Assembly: GCA_963842525.1 (NCBI GenBank)
Contig: CAWJGT010000023.1
Span: 192,001-256,000, forward strand
Direction of reading: 5' to 3'
DNA: 64,000 nt
DNA from: an uncultured Holophagales bacterium
Lineage (GTDB): Bacteria; Acidobacteriota; Thermoanaerobaculia; Multivoradales; UBA5704
Shown here: in pieces, positions 39,098 to 48,172 of the stretch
How the letters are laid out: each line of letters begins with the position of its first letter
Numbering within the stretch: the stretch's first letter is position 1
Notes under the pieces: generated by a model
The model's database searches: none
The model's input: only the letters and a program-made list of their open reading frames with translations
What the model was told of the DNA's origin: nothing
Program-made: the position numbers and the translations under genes

Positions 39098-40074
39098 TCG
39101 TCTTCGCGGCCCGGGCCTGCTCCATTCTGTACGACCTCCTGCGCTCGCGCGGGGAGGAGCGACCTTTTCTGATACCGGCCAACGTCTGCCCTATCGTCCC
39201 GGTAACCTTCCTGGAGGCGAGGCGCCGCTTCGAACTGATCGACATCGCCGAGCCCACGCTCGGGATGGACCCCGACGCCTGCCTTGACCGCCTACGGCGG
39301 GAGCCGGGGAGGATCGGAGGAGGCCTGTTCGTCAGACCGTACGGCAGCGAGCGGGATGCGGACCCCTTCTTCCGCCAGCTCAAGGAACTGCAGCCGGACC
39401 TGCTCCTGATCGACGACAAGTGTCTCTGCCGCCCGGATTGCGAAGGCGTCAAAATCTCGCCCTGGGCCGATGTGACCCTATTCAGCACAGGGCAGCGCAA
39501 GCACGTCGACCTGGGGTATGGCGGCTTCGCGCATATCCGGGAGGGCGTTCCCTACCGTCGCGGCAATGGGCCACCGTACCGCGAGACCGCGCTGGACGAG
39601 GTGACCCGCCGATACGAGAAAGCTATCGCCGAGAGGTTTCCCTTCGGAGGGATCTGCGAGGGCTGGCTCGATTTCCGGGTGCCGGAGGTCCCCTGGGAGG
39701 AGCACCGCCGGCGCACGATCGAAGCGCTGCGCCTGGTCGACGAGCACAAGCGCCGCCTCAACGCCCTCTACACGGACGCGTTGCCGCGGGAGATCCAGAT
39801 GGCACCCGAGTTCCAGTCCTGGCGCTTCAATATCCGGGTACCGGCACCGGAGAGGCTGGTCGAGCGCCTATTCGCGGCGGGACTCTTCGCCAGCCGGCAC
39901 TACGCCCCGCTGGCGGGCTCTTTCGGAGAGGGCGGTTTCCCGGTCGCCGAACGCCTCCACAGTGAAGTGGTGAACCTCTTCAACGACTGGTACTTCGACA
40001 AGGATAGAGCGGCGCGAGCCATCGACCTCGTGCTGCGGCATCATGGGGCAGAGCGGCCCGGCCTACTGAAATAG
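39094..40074 (+). CDS. Divergent DegT/DnrJ-like PLP-dependent protein
   Basis: PANVCPIVP, IDDKCL, LFSTGQRKHVDLGYGG, GLFASRHY. Confidence 0.6.
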   Translation: MIVFAARACSILYDLLRSRGEERPFLIPANVCPIVPVTFLEARRRFELIDIAEPTLGMDPDACLDRLRREPGRIGGGLFVRPYGSERDADPFFRQLKELQPDLLLIDDKCLCRPDCEGVKISPWADVTLFSTGQRKHVDLGYGGFAHIREGVPYRRGNGPPYRETALDEVTRRYEKAIAERFPFGGICEGWLDFRVPEVPWEEHRRRTIEALRLVDEHKRRLNALYTDALPREIQMAPEFQSWRFNIRVPAPERLVERLFAAGLFASRHYAPLAGSFGEGGFPVAERLHSEVVNLFNDWYFDKDRAARAIDLVLRHHGAERPGLLK

Positions 40075-40079
40075 AAAGC

Positions 40080-40105
40080 GGAGACCCAGCGAGCACTGGG
40101 TCTCC
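40080..40105. terminator. Hairpin between convergent genes
   Basis: GGAGACCCAG-CGAGCA-CTGGGTCTCC. Confidence 0.65.
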
Positions 40106-40133
40106 ACTCCAACAGGGAACAAACTACCGAGAT

Positions 40134-41927
40134 CTACTGATTGGGAAGGTCGTTCGCCCGCTCCACCTCGAAATCGAGGTAGCCCTTGCGGACACCCTGC
40201 ACGAGGTAGTCGAACTCCAGGTCGGACGTGCCCGGAGCCGCGCGGATGACGAGCCGCTCGGGCGACTTCTCGGCGACGAAGAGCTGGCCCCAGCCGCCGA
40301 CAGGCGTGAGCTGCACTGTCATCCGTTCCCGCTCGGTGATGCGGGAGAAATAGCCCGGGAGCTCGATCACGGCCTCGCCGTTCTTCGTCTTCGTCGTGCC
40401 ACGGAAGTAGGTGCCGGCCTCGGGGCCCTCGAGCGCGGCATAATAGATGGCGCGGTGGGAATCCGCCGGATCCACCATGGCGAACGCCTTGGTGCCCGTT
40501 ACCGTGAAGTTGCCGCTGACCGTCACTGCCCCGGTGGCGCCGTCGATATTCAGACGGTTCACGTTGTTGGTGCCCAGGATGATGGTGTCGGGGCCCGACG
40601 TCCCTATCGCGAGGCCGTTGCCCGCGGGCAGGAGAACCTCGCCCCAGCTCGCAAGGTTCTGGCCGAACCGGTTGATCGAGTGGCCGCTGCCGTGGGCCTG
40701 GAAGTTAAAGGTTGCGCCATTGGACAGGGCGCGCACAACGGCCACGACGTCACTTCCGGTGTTCGGGTTCTCCATCAGGATGAACGAGTTCGCATTCACG
40801 TTCTCGAAAACGTGCAACTTCTCGTCCGGTGCCCCCGTGCCAATTCCCACATCGCCGTCGGAGGAGATGTCGAGGCTGCTCGTGGGCGCGCCGGGCCGGA
40901 TGCGGAAAGGCAGGAGCGAGCCGCCGGTGACATCGCGGACAAAGAAGTTCGCCTCGTTGGCGCCGATGTCCCAGGTCTGGGCGGTGAAACCGCCGGAGTT
41001 GTTCTGCTCGAGGCGGATCGACGGCGTGTTGCTGGTGTTGATATGCAGGTCGAGGACCGGCGTGGAGGTGCGGAGGCCCACCCGGCCGGTGCTGTCGACG
41101 AAGATCGAGTTGGTCGCGGCACCGGCCGTGACGGTGAAGGGGGTCCTGGCGCCGGTGCTGTCCTCGATCGAGAACTTGCTGGACCCGCCGCTCGCCGAGT
41201 CGTTGGCGACGAGACGCCAGTCGTTGGCCGGGAACCCGACTTGCGTCGAGGTATCGTCGAAGTGGATCCGCAGGTTGTTCTCCTTGAGGCGGATCGTGTC
41301 GAAACCGAAGTTCTCGTTGTTGACACAGTCGAGGCCGACACAGGCGCTCCCCTGGACGATCAGGTCGTCCGGGATCACTTGATCGGCGGCGGTGGTGTTG
41401 CGGATTCCGCCGCTGCTCCCGGCGGCCGTGCGGGGCCGTGGCTGGCGCCCCTTCGGCTCTTCCGTCTGGCCTGGGGTGACGAAGCTTCCGTTCGCAATCG
41501 CGAAGCTGCCGGACTGGACCGGCTCTTCGGGCAGCTTGCCCTCTGCACGCATCTGTCGTACAGCCTCATCGTCACCGGTCCGCCGGGCCGCCGCGAGCCG
41601 CTGCTGGACCTCGCGGTTCAGCGATGGGACCGCACGCAGCTCCCAGGTGTAGCTGCCTTCCGGGAGACGCTGGCCCTTCTCGTCGAACAGACCGAGAGTC
41701 GGCGTCTTGGCTCCTTCGAACTCGCGGCGGATGTTCAGACCGTCCGGACCCGACACCGTCAGGACCAGGCGCTCGTAGCTCGCCAGGGGCTGCCATTCGA
41801 CCGCGGCGGGCCCCGCGTTCAGCTCGGCAACCGGCCCTGCTGCCTGGGCTGCGGCCACCGAAATCAAGGGCAGGGCTCCCATCAACAGCACCACCACCCA
41901 CAAGTTTCGTCGTGCGCTGCTCATCAT
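40134..41927 (-). CDS. Secreted fibre/beta-rich protein with S74-chaperone-like C-terminal region
   Basis: GGAGGAGG RBS, signal peptide; DLIVQGSACVGLDC, DTIRLKENNLRI, GRVGLRT/GDVGIGT repeats; KAFAMVDP...EGPE...RG...GEAVIELP tail. Confidence 0.75.
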   Translation of the reverse strand: MMSSARRNLWVVVLLMGALPLISVAAAQAAGPVAELNAGPAAVEWQPLASYERLVLTVSGPDGLNIRREFEGAKTPTLGLFDEKGQRLPEGSYTWELRAVPSLNREVQQRLAAARRTGDDEAVRQMRAEGKLPEEPVQSGSFAIANGSFVTPGQTEEPKGRQPRPRTAAGSSGGIRNTTAADQVIPDDLIVQGSACVGLDCVNNENFGFDTIRLKENNLRIHFDDTSTQVGFPANDWRLVANDSASGGSSKFSIEDSTGARTPFTVTAGAATNSIFVDSTGRVGLRTSTPVLDLHINTSNTPSIRLEQNNSGGFTAQTWDIGANEANFFVRDVTGGSLLPFRIRPGAPTSSLDISSDGDVGIGTGAPDEKLHVFENVNANSFILMENPNTGSDVVAVVRALSNGATFNFQAHGSGHSINRFGQNLASWGEVLLPAGNGLAIGTSGPDTIILGTNNVNRLNIDGATGAVTVSGNFTVTGTKAFAMVDPADSHRAIYYAALEGPEAGTYFRGTTKTKNGEAVIELPGYFSRITERERMTVQLTPVGGWGQLFVAEKSPERLVIRAAPGTSDLEFDYLVQGVRKGYLDFEVERANDLPNQ

Positions 41928-42301
41928 GCTTCCTCCTCCTTCATGTGTTCGCGTTGTCCCCGCACAGGGGGGTTGGGACGCTGCGGAACGCTGGGAGCGT
42001 TCCGACCCGGAAGTAGAAATGAATGCATTGCCATGTGCCACCCGTCTCGCCAAGGTCGGCAGGGCCGCAAGGAATAAGGACAATCATACCTCAATCGGTC
42101 CGCCCTTTTTCGTCCTTTCCACGAGCGGACATCTTTTGGGACTTAGGAGAATGCCGATCCGCTCGGAAGGGAGCACATCTCCTCAGGCGGCCGGCAGCGC
42201 CCTTTCGTTACGGTGTCGCGGTTGATCGGCTCACGCGGGATGGGGTGCAGCCGCGGGGAACCCGGCCGGAGACGCGGACCGGAATTCCCCACGGACTCCT
42301 C

Positions 42302-43201
42302 TTACTGGACTGGGATCGCGGTGAACGGGCCCGGCGCTGTCGAAATATTGCCGGCAACGCGGTTGTTCCCGGCCGACTCGATAGTCCCGGCGGCGGTAAT
42401 ACCAGCGTTGTTGTTGAAGATGTCGTTGTTGGAGAGGCGGATGATTGCGCCACCCAGGGAAGCGTTGATGCCGGCGACGTCGTTGAACGACACCTGGGAG
42501 CTATTCACGTTGATGCGGCTGGTCGCGGCACTGGCGAGGACCCCGTTCGAGGCGTTGCCAGCGATGACTGAATTGCTGATCGTGACCCGGCTGTTGTTGG
42601 CGCCCTCGATTCCGTTGGTCGTGCCCTCGAGGTGGACCCCGTCGAGCATGGCGCGGGCCAGACCACCGGTGGTGTTGACGAAGACGCCGGTGGGAACCTT
42701 GGTGATGTGGGTGTTCCTGACGAACAGTTCGGCGTTGGTCGTCACAGACATGTCGATGCCGCGCGTCGTGAAGCCGCTGATGGTGCAGTTGTCGACGACG
42801 AGGCTCTTGCCGGCAAGGAAGCGGATGCCGCTGATGCCATTCCCGGTACCATTGATCGAGATGTTGCGCAGGACGACCCTGTCGTTGACGCCGGCGTTGA
42901 CGATGACCCCGGTGGTGAGAGAGGCGAGGATGCCGGCGAGCGTGCCGTCGCCGTTGATGGTGATGGACTTGGTGATCGTGATGGCGCCGAAGCCGCCCGG
43001 ATCGAGAGTGGAGATCTCGCCTCCGGCCGCGGTCTTCGAAATGGCGCCTGCGAAAGTCTTGCAGGGAGCAGTGCGGCTGCACGGATTGGCGTCGTTGCCG
43101 ACGCCGGAGACCCAGGTGCGGGTGGCCTGCGCATTGGCGGCCGGCGCCGCCAGCAGGGCGAAGAGGGCGACGAACACAAACGCGGTCGCAAGTGGCTTCA
43201 T
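42302..43201 (-). CDS. Secreted right-handed beta-helix protein (copy 1)
   Basis: Signal peptide; QATRTWVSGVGNDANPCSRTAPCKTFAGAI; Asn/Gly-rich beta-helix coils. Confidence 0.85.
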   Translation of the reverse strand: MKPLATAFVFVALFALLAAPAANAQATRTWVSGVGNDANPCSRTAPCKTFAGAISKTAAGGEISTLDPGGFGAITITKSITINGDGTLAGILASLTTGVIVNAGVNDRVVLRNISINGTGNGISGIRFLAGKSLVVDNCTISGFTTRGIDMSVTTNAELFVRNTHITKVPTGVFVNTTGGLARAMLDGVHLEGTTNGIEGANNSRVTISNSVIAGNASNGVLASAATSRINVNSSQVSFNDVAGINASLGGAIIRLSNNDIFNNNAGITAAGTIESAGNNRVAGNISTAPGPFTAIPVQ

Positions 43202-43564
43202 GAGCGGTTTTCCTCCTGTACCAGAACAACGTTAAATTCGCACTCGATGACCGGACACTAACCGGAAAGGACCGGCTGGAAAAGAGGCGTTCTATGGAGC
43301 TCCAGCGTTACAAACGGGAAATCTTACACTCAGCAAATATTTTAGCACACGAGGCGGAAAGCGACTCCACTGGCTGCGAGGCGTCTCGTACGAGAGGCTC
43401 TGGGGCCCTGCGGGAGGTCTCCCCCACCGTCCGGCAGGGGAGATGATCGGCATCGTGGGCCCAACGGCGCAGTAAGAGCATGCTGCTCACCTACGTTTGA
43501 GCGGCCTCATAAGCCGCCAGTGCCGGGCCGGGAAGACCCGGACCAGAATTCCCCGCGAGTTCTC

Positions 43565-44473
43565 TTACTGGACAGGGATGACGCCGTTGGGCGGCGTTGA
43601 CGCAGTATTGCCGCCAACGCGGTTATTTCCGGCCGACTCGACGGTCGCGCCGGCGGCGATGGTGATGCCCGAGACGGGGTGGTTGAAGATGTCGGTGTCG
43701 GAGATGCGGATGATTGAGCCGCTGACGGAAGCGTTGAGACCGGCGACGTCGTTGAACGACACCTGGGAGCTATTCACGTTGATGCGACTGAATGCCGAGC
43801 TGGTGAGGACCCCGTTCGAGGAGTTGCCAGCGATGACCGAATTGCTGATCGTGATCCGGCTGTTGAGGGCCCCCTCGACTCCGTTTGTCGTGCCCTCGAT
43901 GTGAACCCCGTCGAGCATGGCGCGGGCCAGACCCGTGGTCGTATTGACGAAGACGCCGGTGCCGACCTTGGTGATACGGGTATCCCTGACGAACAGATCG
44001 GCGTTGGTGGTCACAGACATGTCGATGCCGCGGGTGGTGAAGCCGCTGATGGTGCAGTTGTCGACGAGGACGCTCTTGCCGGCAAGGAAGCGGATGCCGT
44101 TGATGCCATTCCCGATACCGTTGATCGCGATGTTGCGCAGGACGACCCTGTCGCTGGCACCGGCGTTGACGATGACCGCGTTGGTGAGGGAGGCGATGAT
44201 GCCGGCGAGCGTGCCATCGCCGTTGATCGTAATGGATTTGGTGATCGTGACGGCGCCGAAGCTGCCCGGATCGAGGACGGAGATCTCGCCTCCCGCCGCG
44301 GTCTTTGAAATGGCGCCTGCGAAAGTCTTGCAGGGAGCGGTGCGGCTGCACGGGTTGGCGTCGTCGCCGACGCCGGAGACCCAGGTGCGGGTGGCCTGCG
44401 CGTGGGCGGCCGGGGCCGCCGCCAGAGCGAAGAGGGCGAGGCACACAACAAAGGCGGTGGTGAGCGACTTCAT
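43565..44473 (-). CDS. Secreted right-handed beta-helix protein (copy 2, tandem paralogue)
   Basis: Highly similar to 42302-43201, including flanking DNA. Confidence 0.85.
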   Translation of the reverse strand: MKSLTTAFVVCLALFALAAAPAAHAQATRTWVSGVGDDANPCSRTAPCKTFAGAISKTAAGGEISVLDPGSFGAVTITKSITINGDGTLAGIIASLTNAVIVNAGASDRVVLRNIAINGIGNGINGIRFLAGKSVLVDNCTISGFTTRGIDMSVTTNADLFVRDTRITKVGTGVFVNTTTGLARAMLDGVHIEGTTNGVEGALNSRITISNSVIAGNSSNGVLTSSAFSRINVNSSQVSFNDVAGLNASVSGSIIRISDTDIFNHPVSGITIAAGATVESAGNNRVGGNTASTPPNGVIPVQ

Positions 44474-44693
44474 GAGCGGTTTCCTCCTGTACCAAGGACA
44501 ACGTTAAATTCGCACTCGATCACCGGACACTAACCGGAGAACCGGCTAGAAGTGAGGCGTTTCTATGGACCTCCAGCGTTAAAACGGGAAATCTACAGTC
44601 AACGTGTAGTTTAACACAGCGCCGCGGCAAGCGGCCCTGGATGCCGCGGCCCAACTTGCCATCCCGGACCAGGCGTTGTAGAAAGCAACCCGC

Positions 44694-45464
44694 ATGACGG
44701 ACGTCTTCCGCTACCGCGACCTGGTGCGCGCCCTGGTGGCGCGCGACCTCAAGGTGCGCTACCGGCGCTCGGCCATCGGCTTCCTCTGGACGATGCTCCA
44801 GCCGCTGCTGACGATGCTGGTGCTGCAGCTCGTCTTCAGCCAGATCTTCGCCATCCGCCTCGACTACGGCAATTACCCGATCTTCGCGTTGTCGGGCGTC
44901 CTCTTCTGGAACTTCTTCAGCCAGAGCATCGTAGCTTCGATGAACAGCCTCAAGGGCAACGCCATGCTCCTCCAGAAGCTGCCGGTGCCCAAGGCGGTGT
45001 TCCCGCTGGCCACCGTCATCTCCGGCGTCGTGAACCTGGTCTTCGCCCTGGTCCCCCTGCTGCTGATCCTGCTCATTACTGAGCACCACCTCCCGCCGAC
45101 CCTGCTCTTCCTGCCGGTGTCAATCCTGCTGGTGGCGCTCTTCACCCTGGGAGCGGGGCTCCTGCTGGCGCCGCTGGCCGTCTTCTTCAGCGATGTGGTG
45201 GAGCTGGTGGGCGTGCTCCTCATGCTGCTGATGTACCTGACGCCGGTCATCTACCCGAAGGAGATCGTGCCCGAGCACCTGCGCTGGATCATCCGCTTCA
45301 ATCCGGTGCGCTCGATCCTGGAAGTCTTCCGGGACCCCATCTACCAGCGCGAGATCCCGCCGCTCTCGCACCTGACAGTCTCGGTGGTCATCACCGCGCT
45401 CGTCCTCCTGCTCGGCATCTGGGTTTTCCGCCGCAGCAGCGACCGCATCCCGTTCTACGTGTGA
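44694..45464 (+). CDS. wzm: Polysaccharide ABC exporter permease
   Basis: RDLKVRYRRSAIGFLWTMLQPL, six TMs, YLTPVIYP, NPV. Confidence 0.92.
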   Translation: MTDVFRYRDLVRALVARDLKVRYRRSAIGFLWTMLQPLLTMLVLQLVFSQIFAIRLDYGNYPIFALSGVLFWNFFSQSIVASMNSLKGNAMLLQKLPVPKAVFPLATVISGVVNLVFALVPLLLILLITEHHLPPTLLFLPVSILLVALFTLGAGLLLAPLAVFFSDVVELVGVLLMLLMYLTPVIYPKEIVPEHLRWIIRFNPVRSILEVFRDPIYQREIPPLSHLTVSVVITALVLLLGIWVFRRSSDRIPFYV

Positions 45465-46264
45465 GCGTCCGAGACCTGGAGATGACCGAACCCGAGCTGC
45501 GCGTCCACCTCCAAGAGGTCTCGCTCTGTTATCGCCTGGCGAAGCAAAGAATCCCGTCGCTCAAGGAGTACGCCATCCACTGGCTGCGGGGGGCGCTCTC
45601 GTACGAGAAGCTCTGGGCCCTGCGAGAGGTCTCCCTCACCGTCCGGCAGGGCGAGACAATCGGCATCGTGGGGCGCAACGGCGCGGGCAAGAGTACGCTG
45701 CTCAAGGTGATCTCCCGGGTGCTCAAGCCGACGGCCGGCCAGGCGGAGGTCCGCGGCAGCCTCTCCCCGATCCTCGAGCTCGGGACCGGCTTCGACCACG
45801 AGCTGACCGGCCTCGAGAACATCTTCCTGAACGCTCTCCTCCTGGGCCGCACGCGGCGCGAGATCGATGCCAGGGTCGAGGAGATCGTCGAGTTCAGCGG
45901 CCTGGGGGACTTCATCCGGACGCCGATCCGCAACTACTCGTCCGGCATGCTGGCGCGCCTCGGCTTCTCCGTCGCCACCGCCTGGGTGCCCGAGATCCTG
46001 ATCCTCGACGAGGTCCTGGCCGTGGGAGACGCCGCCTTCACCCAGAAGTGCGAAGAGCGGATCCGCCAGTTCCACGACGCCGGCACGACGGTCTTGATGG
46101 TCTCGCACAGCGCGAAGGCCGTGCGCGACAACTGCAGCCGGTGCGTCTGGCTCGACGCCGGACGGCTGCGTGCCGACGGTCCCACCGAGGAGGTTCTCCG
46201 CCTCTACGCTCACGCAGGCACCGAGCCGGACCAGCGGCCGGCCGGTCAGCTCCACCTGGGGTGA
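45461..46264 (+). CDS. wzt: Polysaccharide ABC exporter ATPase (no C-terminal CBM)
   Basis: GRNGAGKST, YSSGMLARLGFS, LDEVLAVGD, VSH; 267 aa. Confidence 0.92.
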   Translation: MSVRDLEMTEPELRVHLQEVSLCYRLAKQRIPSLKEYAIHWLRGALSYEKLWALREVSLTVRQGETIGIVGRNGAGKSTLLKVISRVLKPTAGQAEVRGSLSPILELGTGFDHELTGLENIFLNALLLGRTRREIDARVEEIVEFSGLGDFIRTPIRNYSSGMLARLGFSVATAWVPEILILDEVLAVGDAAFTQKCEERIRQFHDAGTTVLMVSHSAKAVRDNCSRCVWLDAGRLRADGPTEEVLRLYAHAGTEPDQRPAGQLHLG

Positions 46265-47430
46265 GCGGCCTCATAGGCGGCCAGCAGGTCCGCCGCCACG
46301 CGGCCCGGGTCGTGGCGCTCCAGCAGGGCTCGCCTCCCTTCCTCGACCAGCCGCACGACCAGCTCCGGCTCGCCCTGGAGGCGGCCGATCGCGCGGGCGA
46401 AACCCGCTGCATCGCGAGCGACCAGCGCCTCCCGGCCGTCCACCGCCTCCAGGCCGGCCAGGGCCTCCGGAGTCCCGACGACCGGCACGCCGCGCGCCCA
46501 AGCCTCGAGGACTTTCATCCGCACGCCGGAGGCGATGCGGAGCGGCACGGCCAGGATCGAGCCGGGAGCGAAGGCTTCGTCGCTGTCGCGCGGCGCCGGG
46601 CGGACCGCGATGCTCTCCGGAAGCCCCCTCCCGGGACCGGCGCCGAAGAGGTGGAGCCGCGCGCCGGGAAGCCCGGCCGCGACGGCCGGCCAGACCTCGG
46701 CGAGGAACCAGTCCGTCGCGTCCTCGTTCGGCAGCCATCCCCGGCTGCCGAGGACGACGACCGGCGGCTCTCCGGGCAGGGGCGGGACCGCTGCGGCGGG
46801 AAGCCCTGGGAAGGGCGCGCGGACCACACGGACCTCGCCGCTCCCGTGGGCCAGCTCCTGCAGTCGCGAGGCGTCCTCGGTCGTCAGCGCGAGCGTGAGG
46901 GCCACGCGCCGCACCGACTCCCCCTCCCAGCGGGCCAGGCGCCGCGCCTCGACGGCGAGCAGTAATCCCCGCCAGCCCCGCCAGCCGCCACGCCTCCGGG
47001 CGGTCGCCGCCCAGAGGTCGCTCTCCACGTTCTGGGCGCGCAGCACCACCGGCACGCCACGGGCGAACGCGGAGGCGGCCTGCGGCAGGGCCTGGAGCTG
47101 CTCGGCGTGCATTACGTTGAACCGTTCCGCCGCGAGCCGCCTCTCCACTTCCCGGCGCACAGCCGGCAGCGCATGGCGGGCCACCGACCAGGGAGCACGC
47201 AGGAACCGGAGCGGCGCCCAGGCAGGCCGGGCTGGCACCAGGAACGGCTCGCAAAAAGCCGCCAGCTCCTTCCGGACCCGCTCCAGATCGAAGGCCGCCG
47301 GGTCCACGGGCGCTACCAGGGTCGGCCGGACCCCGACGACGGCGAGCGCCCGCAGGGTGTTCCCGAGCAGGAGCCGGCCGCCGTCGACGGGGGGCCAGGG
47401 GGCCTTGGTGGCGACGATCAGGACCTTCAA
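46246..47430 (-). CDS. GT4 glycosyltransferase
   Basis: PWPPVDGG, QNVES, WLPNED, SGVRMKVLEAWARGVPVVGT. Confidence 0.88.
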   Translation of the reverse strand: MKVLIVATKAPWPPVDGGRLLLGNTLRALAVVGVRPTLVAPVDPAAFDLERVRKELAAFCEPFLVPARPAWAPLRFLRAPWSVARHALPAVRREVERRLAAERFNVMHAEQLQALPQAASAFARGVPVVLRAQNVESDLWAATARRRGGWRGWRGLLLAVEARRLARWEGESVRRVALTLALTTEDASRLQELAHGSGEVRVVRAPFPGLPAAAVPPLPGEPPVVVLGSRGWLPNEDATDWFLAEVWPAVAAGLPGARLHLFGAGPGRGLPESIAVRPAPRDSDEAFAPGSILAVPLRIASGVRMKVLEAWARGVPVVGTPEALAGLEAVDGREALVARDAAGFARAIGRLQGEPELVVRLVEEGRRALLERHDPGRVAADLLAAYEAAHPRWS

Positions 47431-47674
47431 GCGAGGCCGATGCTAGCATCCGCCGCCATGGAAGCCTCCCGACGCCAGATCCTGGCCGGCGGTGCTCAGG
47501 ACGCCGAGGCGGTCACCTTCGAGAACTTGAAGGAGATCGGCGAAGACGACCTCACCGTGGTCGAGAACCGCGTCCAGACTCTGACCCCGGGGGTAGCCCG
47601 CGGCCGGCTGAGGTCGAGGTCGACGCGACTGCCGGCACCATCCGGATGCTCGAGCCGGCGGTCGTCTAGGGGCG

Positions 47675-48082
47675 CCCCCATAGGAGCTAACTTAGCCATC
47701 CCGCGGCGGGGAGCCACAAAGCCTGCGGGCGGATGTGCGAAAGGCGTGATCGGGACCGCGGTCCGCGTGACCGGGACCACGAAACGCCGACTGCGGACCA
47801 TGGTCCGTGTGACCGGACTCGCGAATCCGGACCGAGCTTCGCGGTCCGCGCTCCTGGGAGCGCGGTCCCTGTCACAGGGACCACACCTCCAGTCACAGGG
47901 ACCACGGTCCGCGTCACGCCTTTGGCGGTCCCCGCAATACGGACCGCGAAACCCGGACGCGTTTTGTGGTCCCAGCGACAGGGAGCACGGAACCAGTGGC
48001 AGGGACCGCGGCCCCGATGGCGGACTGTGCCATTCTCCGTCCCCAGGATTCCCTCCAACACAAAGTTAGCGCCTATGAGGGG
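47675..48082. mobile_element. MITE-like element with terminal inverted repeats enclosing 21-bp periodic repeats
   Basis: CATAGGAGCTAACTT (47679-47693) / AAGTTAGCGCCTATG (48063-48077), 14/15; internal GGGACCAC/GGTCCG 21-nt units. Confidence 0.5.
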
Positions 48083-48172
48083 CGGCCCCCCACCCCCGGA
48101 ATCCGTTCGCCCGAAAAAAGTCGGACGAGTTATGCAAGATTCGGGGTGCGTTTTACGTCTTTTATAAGGGTG

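Noticed and set aside
43202-43330. Known riboswitch (e.g. c-di-GMP) in the duplicated leader
   Set aside because: No diagnostic motifs recognisable by eye.
42213-44507. Duplicated plus-strand ORFs opposite the beta-helix genes
   Set aside because: Their similarity is explained by duplication of the minus-strand genes.
47458-47600. Short ORF start MEASRRQILAGGAQDAEAVTFENL
   Set aside because: Possible gene stub, but no family is recognisable and it runs into the repeat element.
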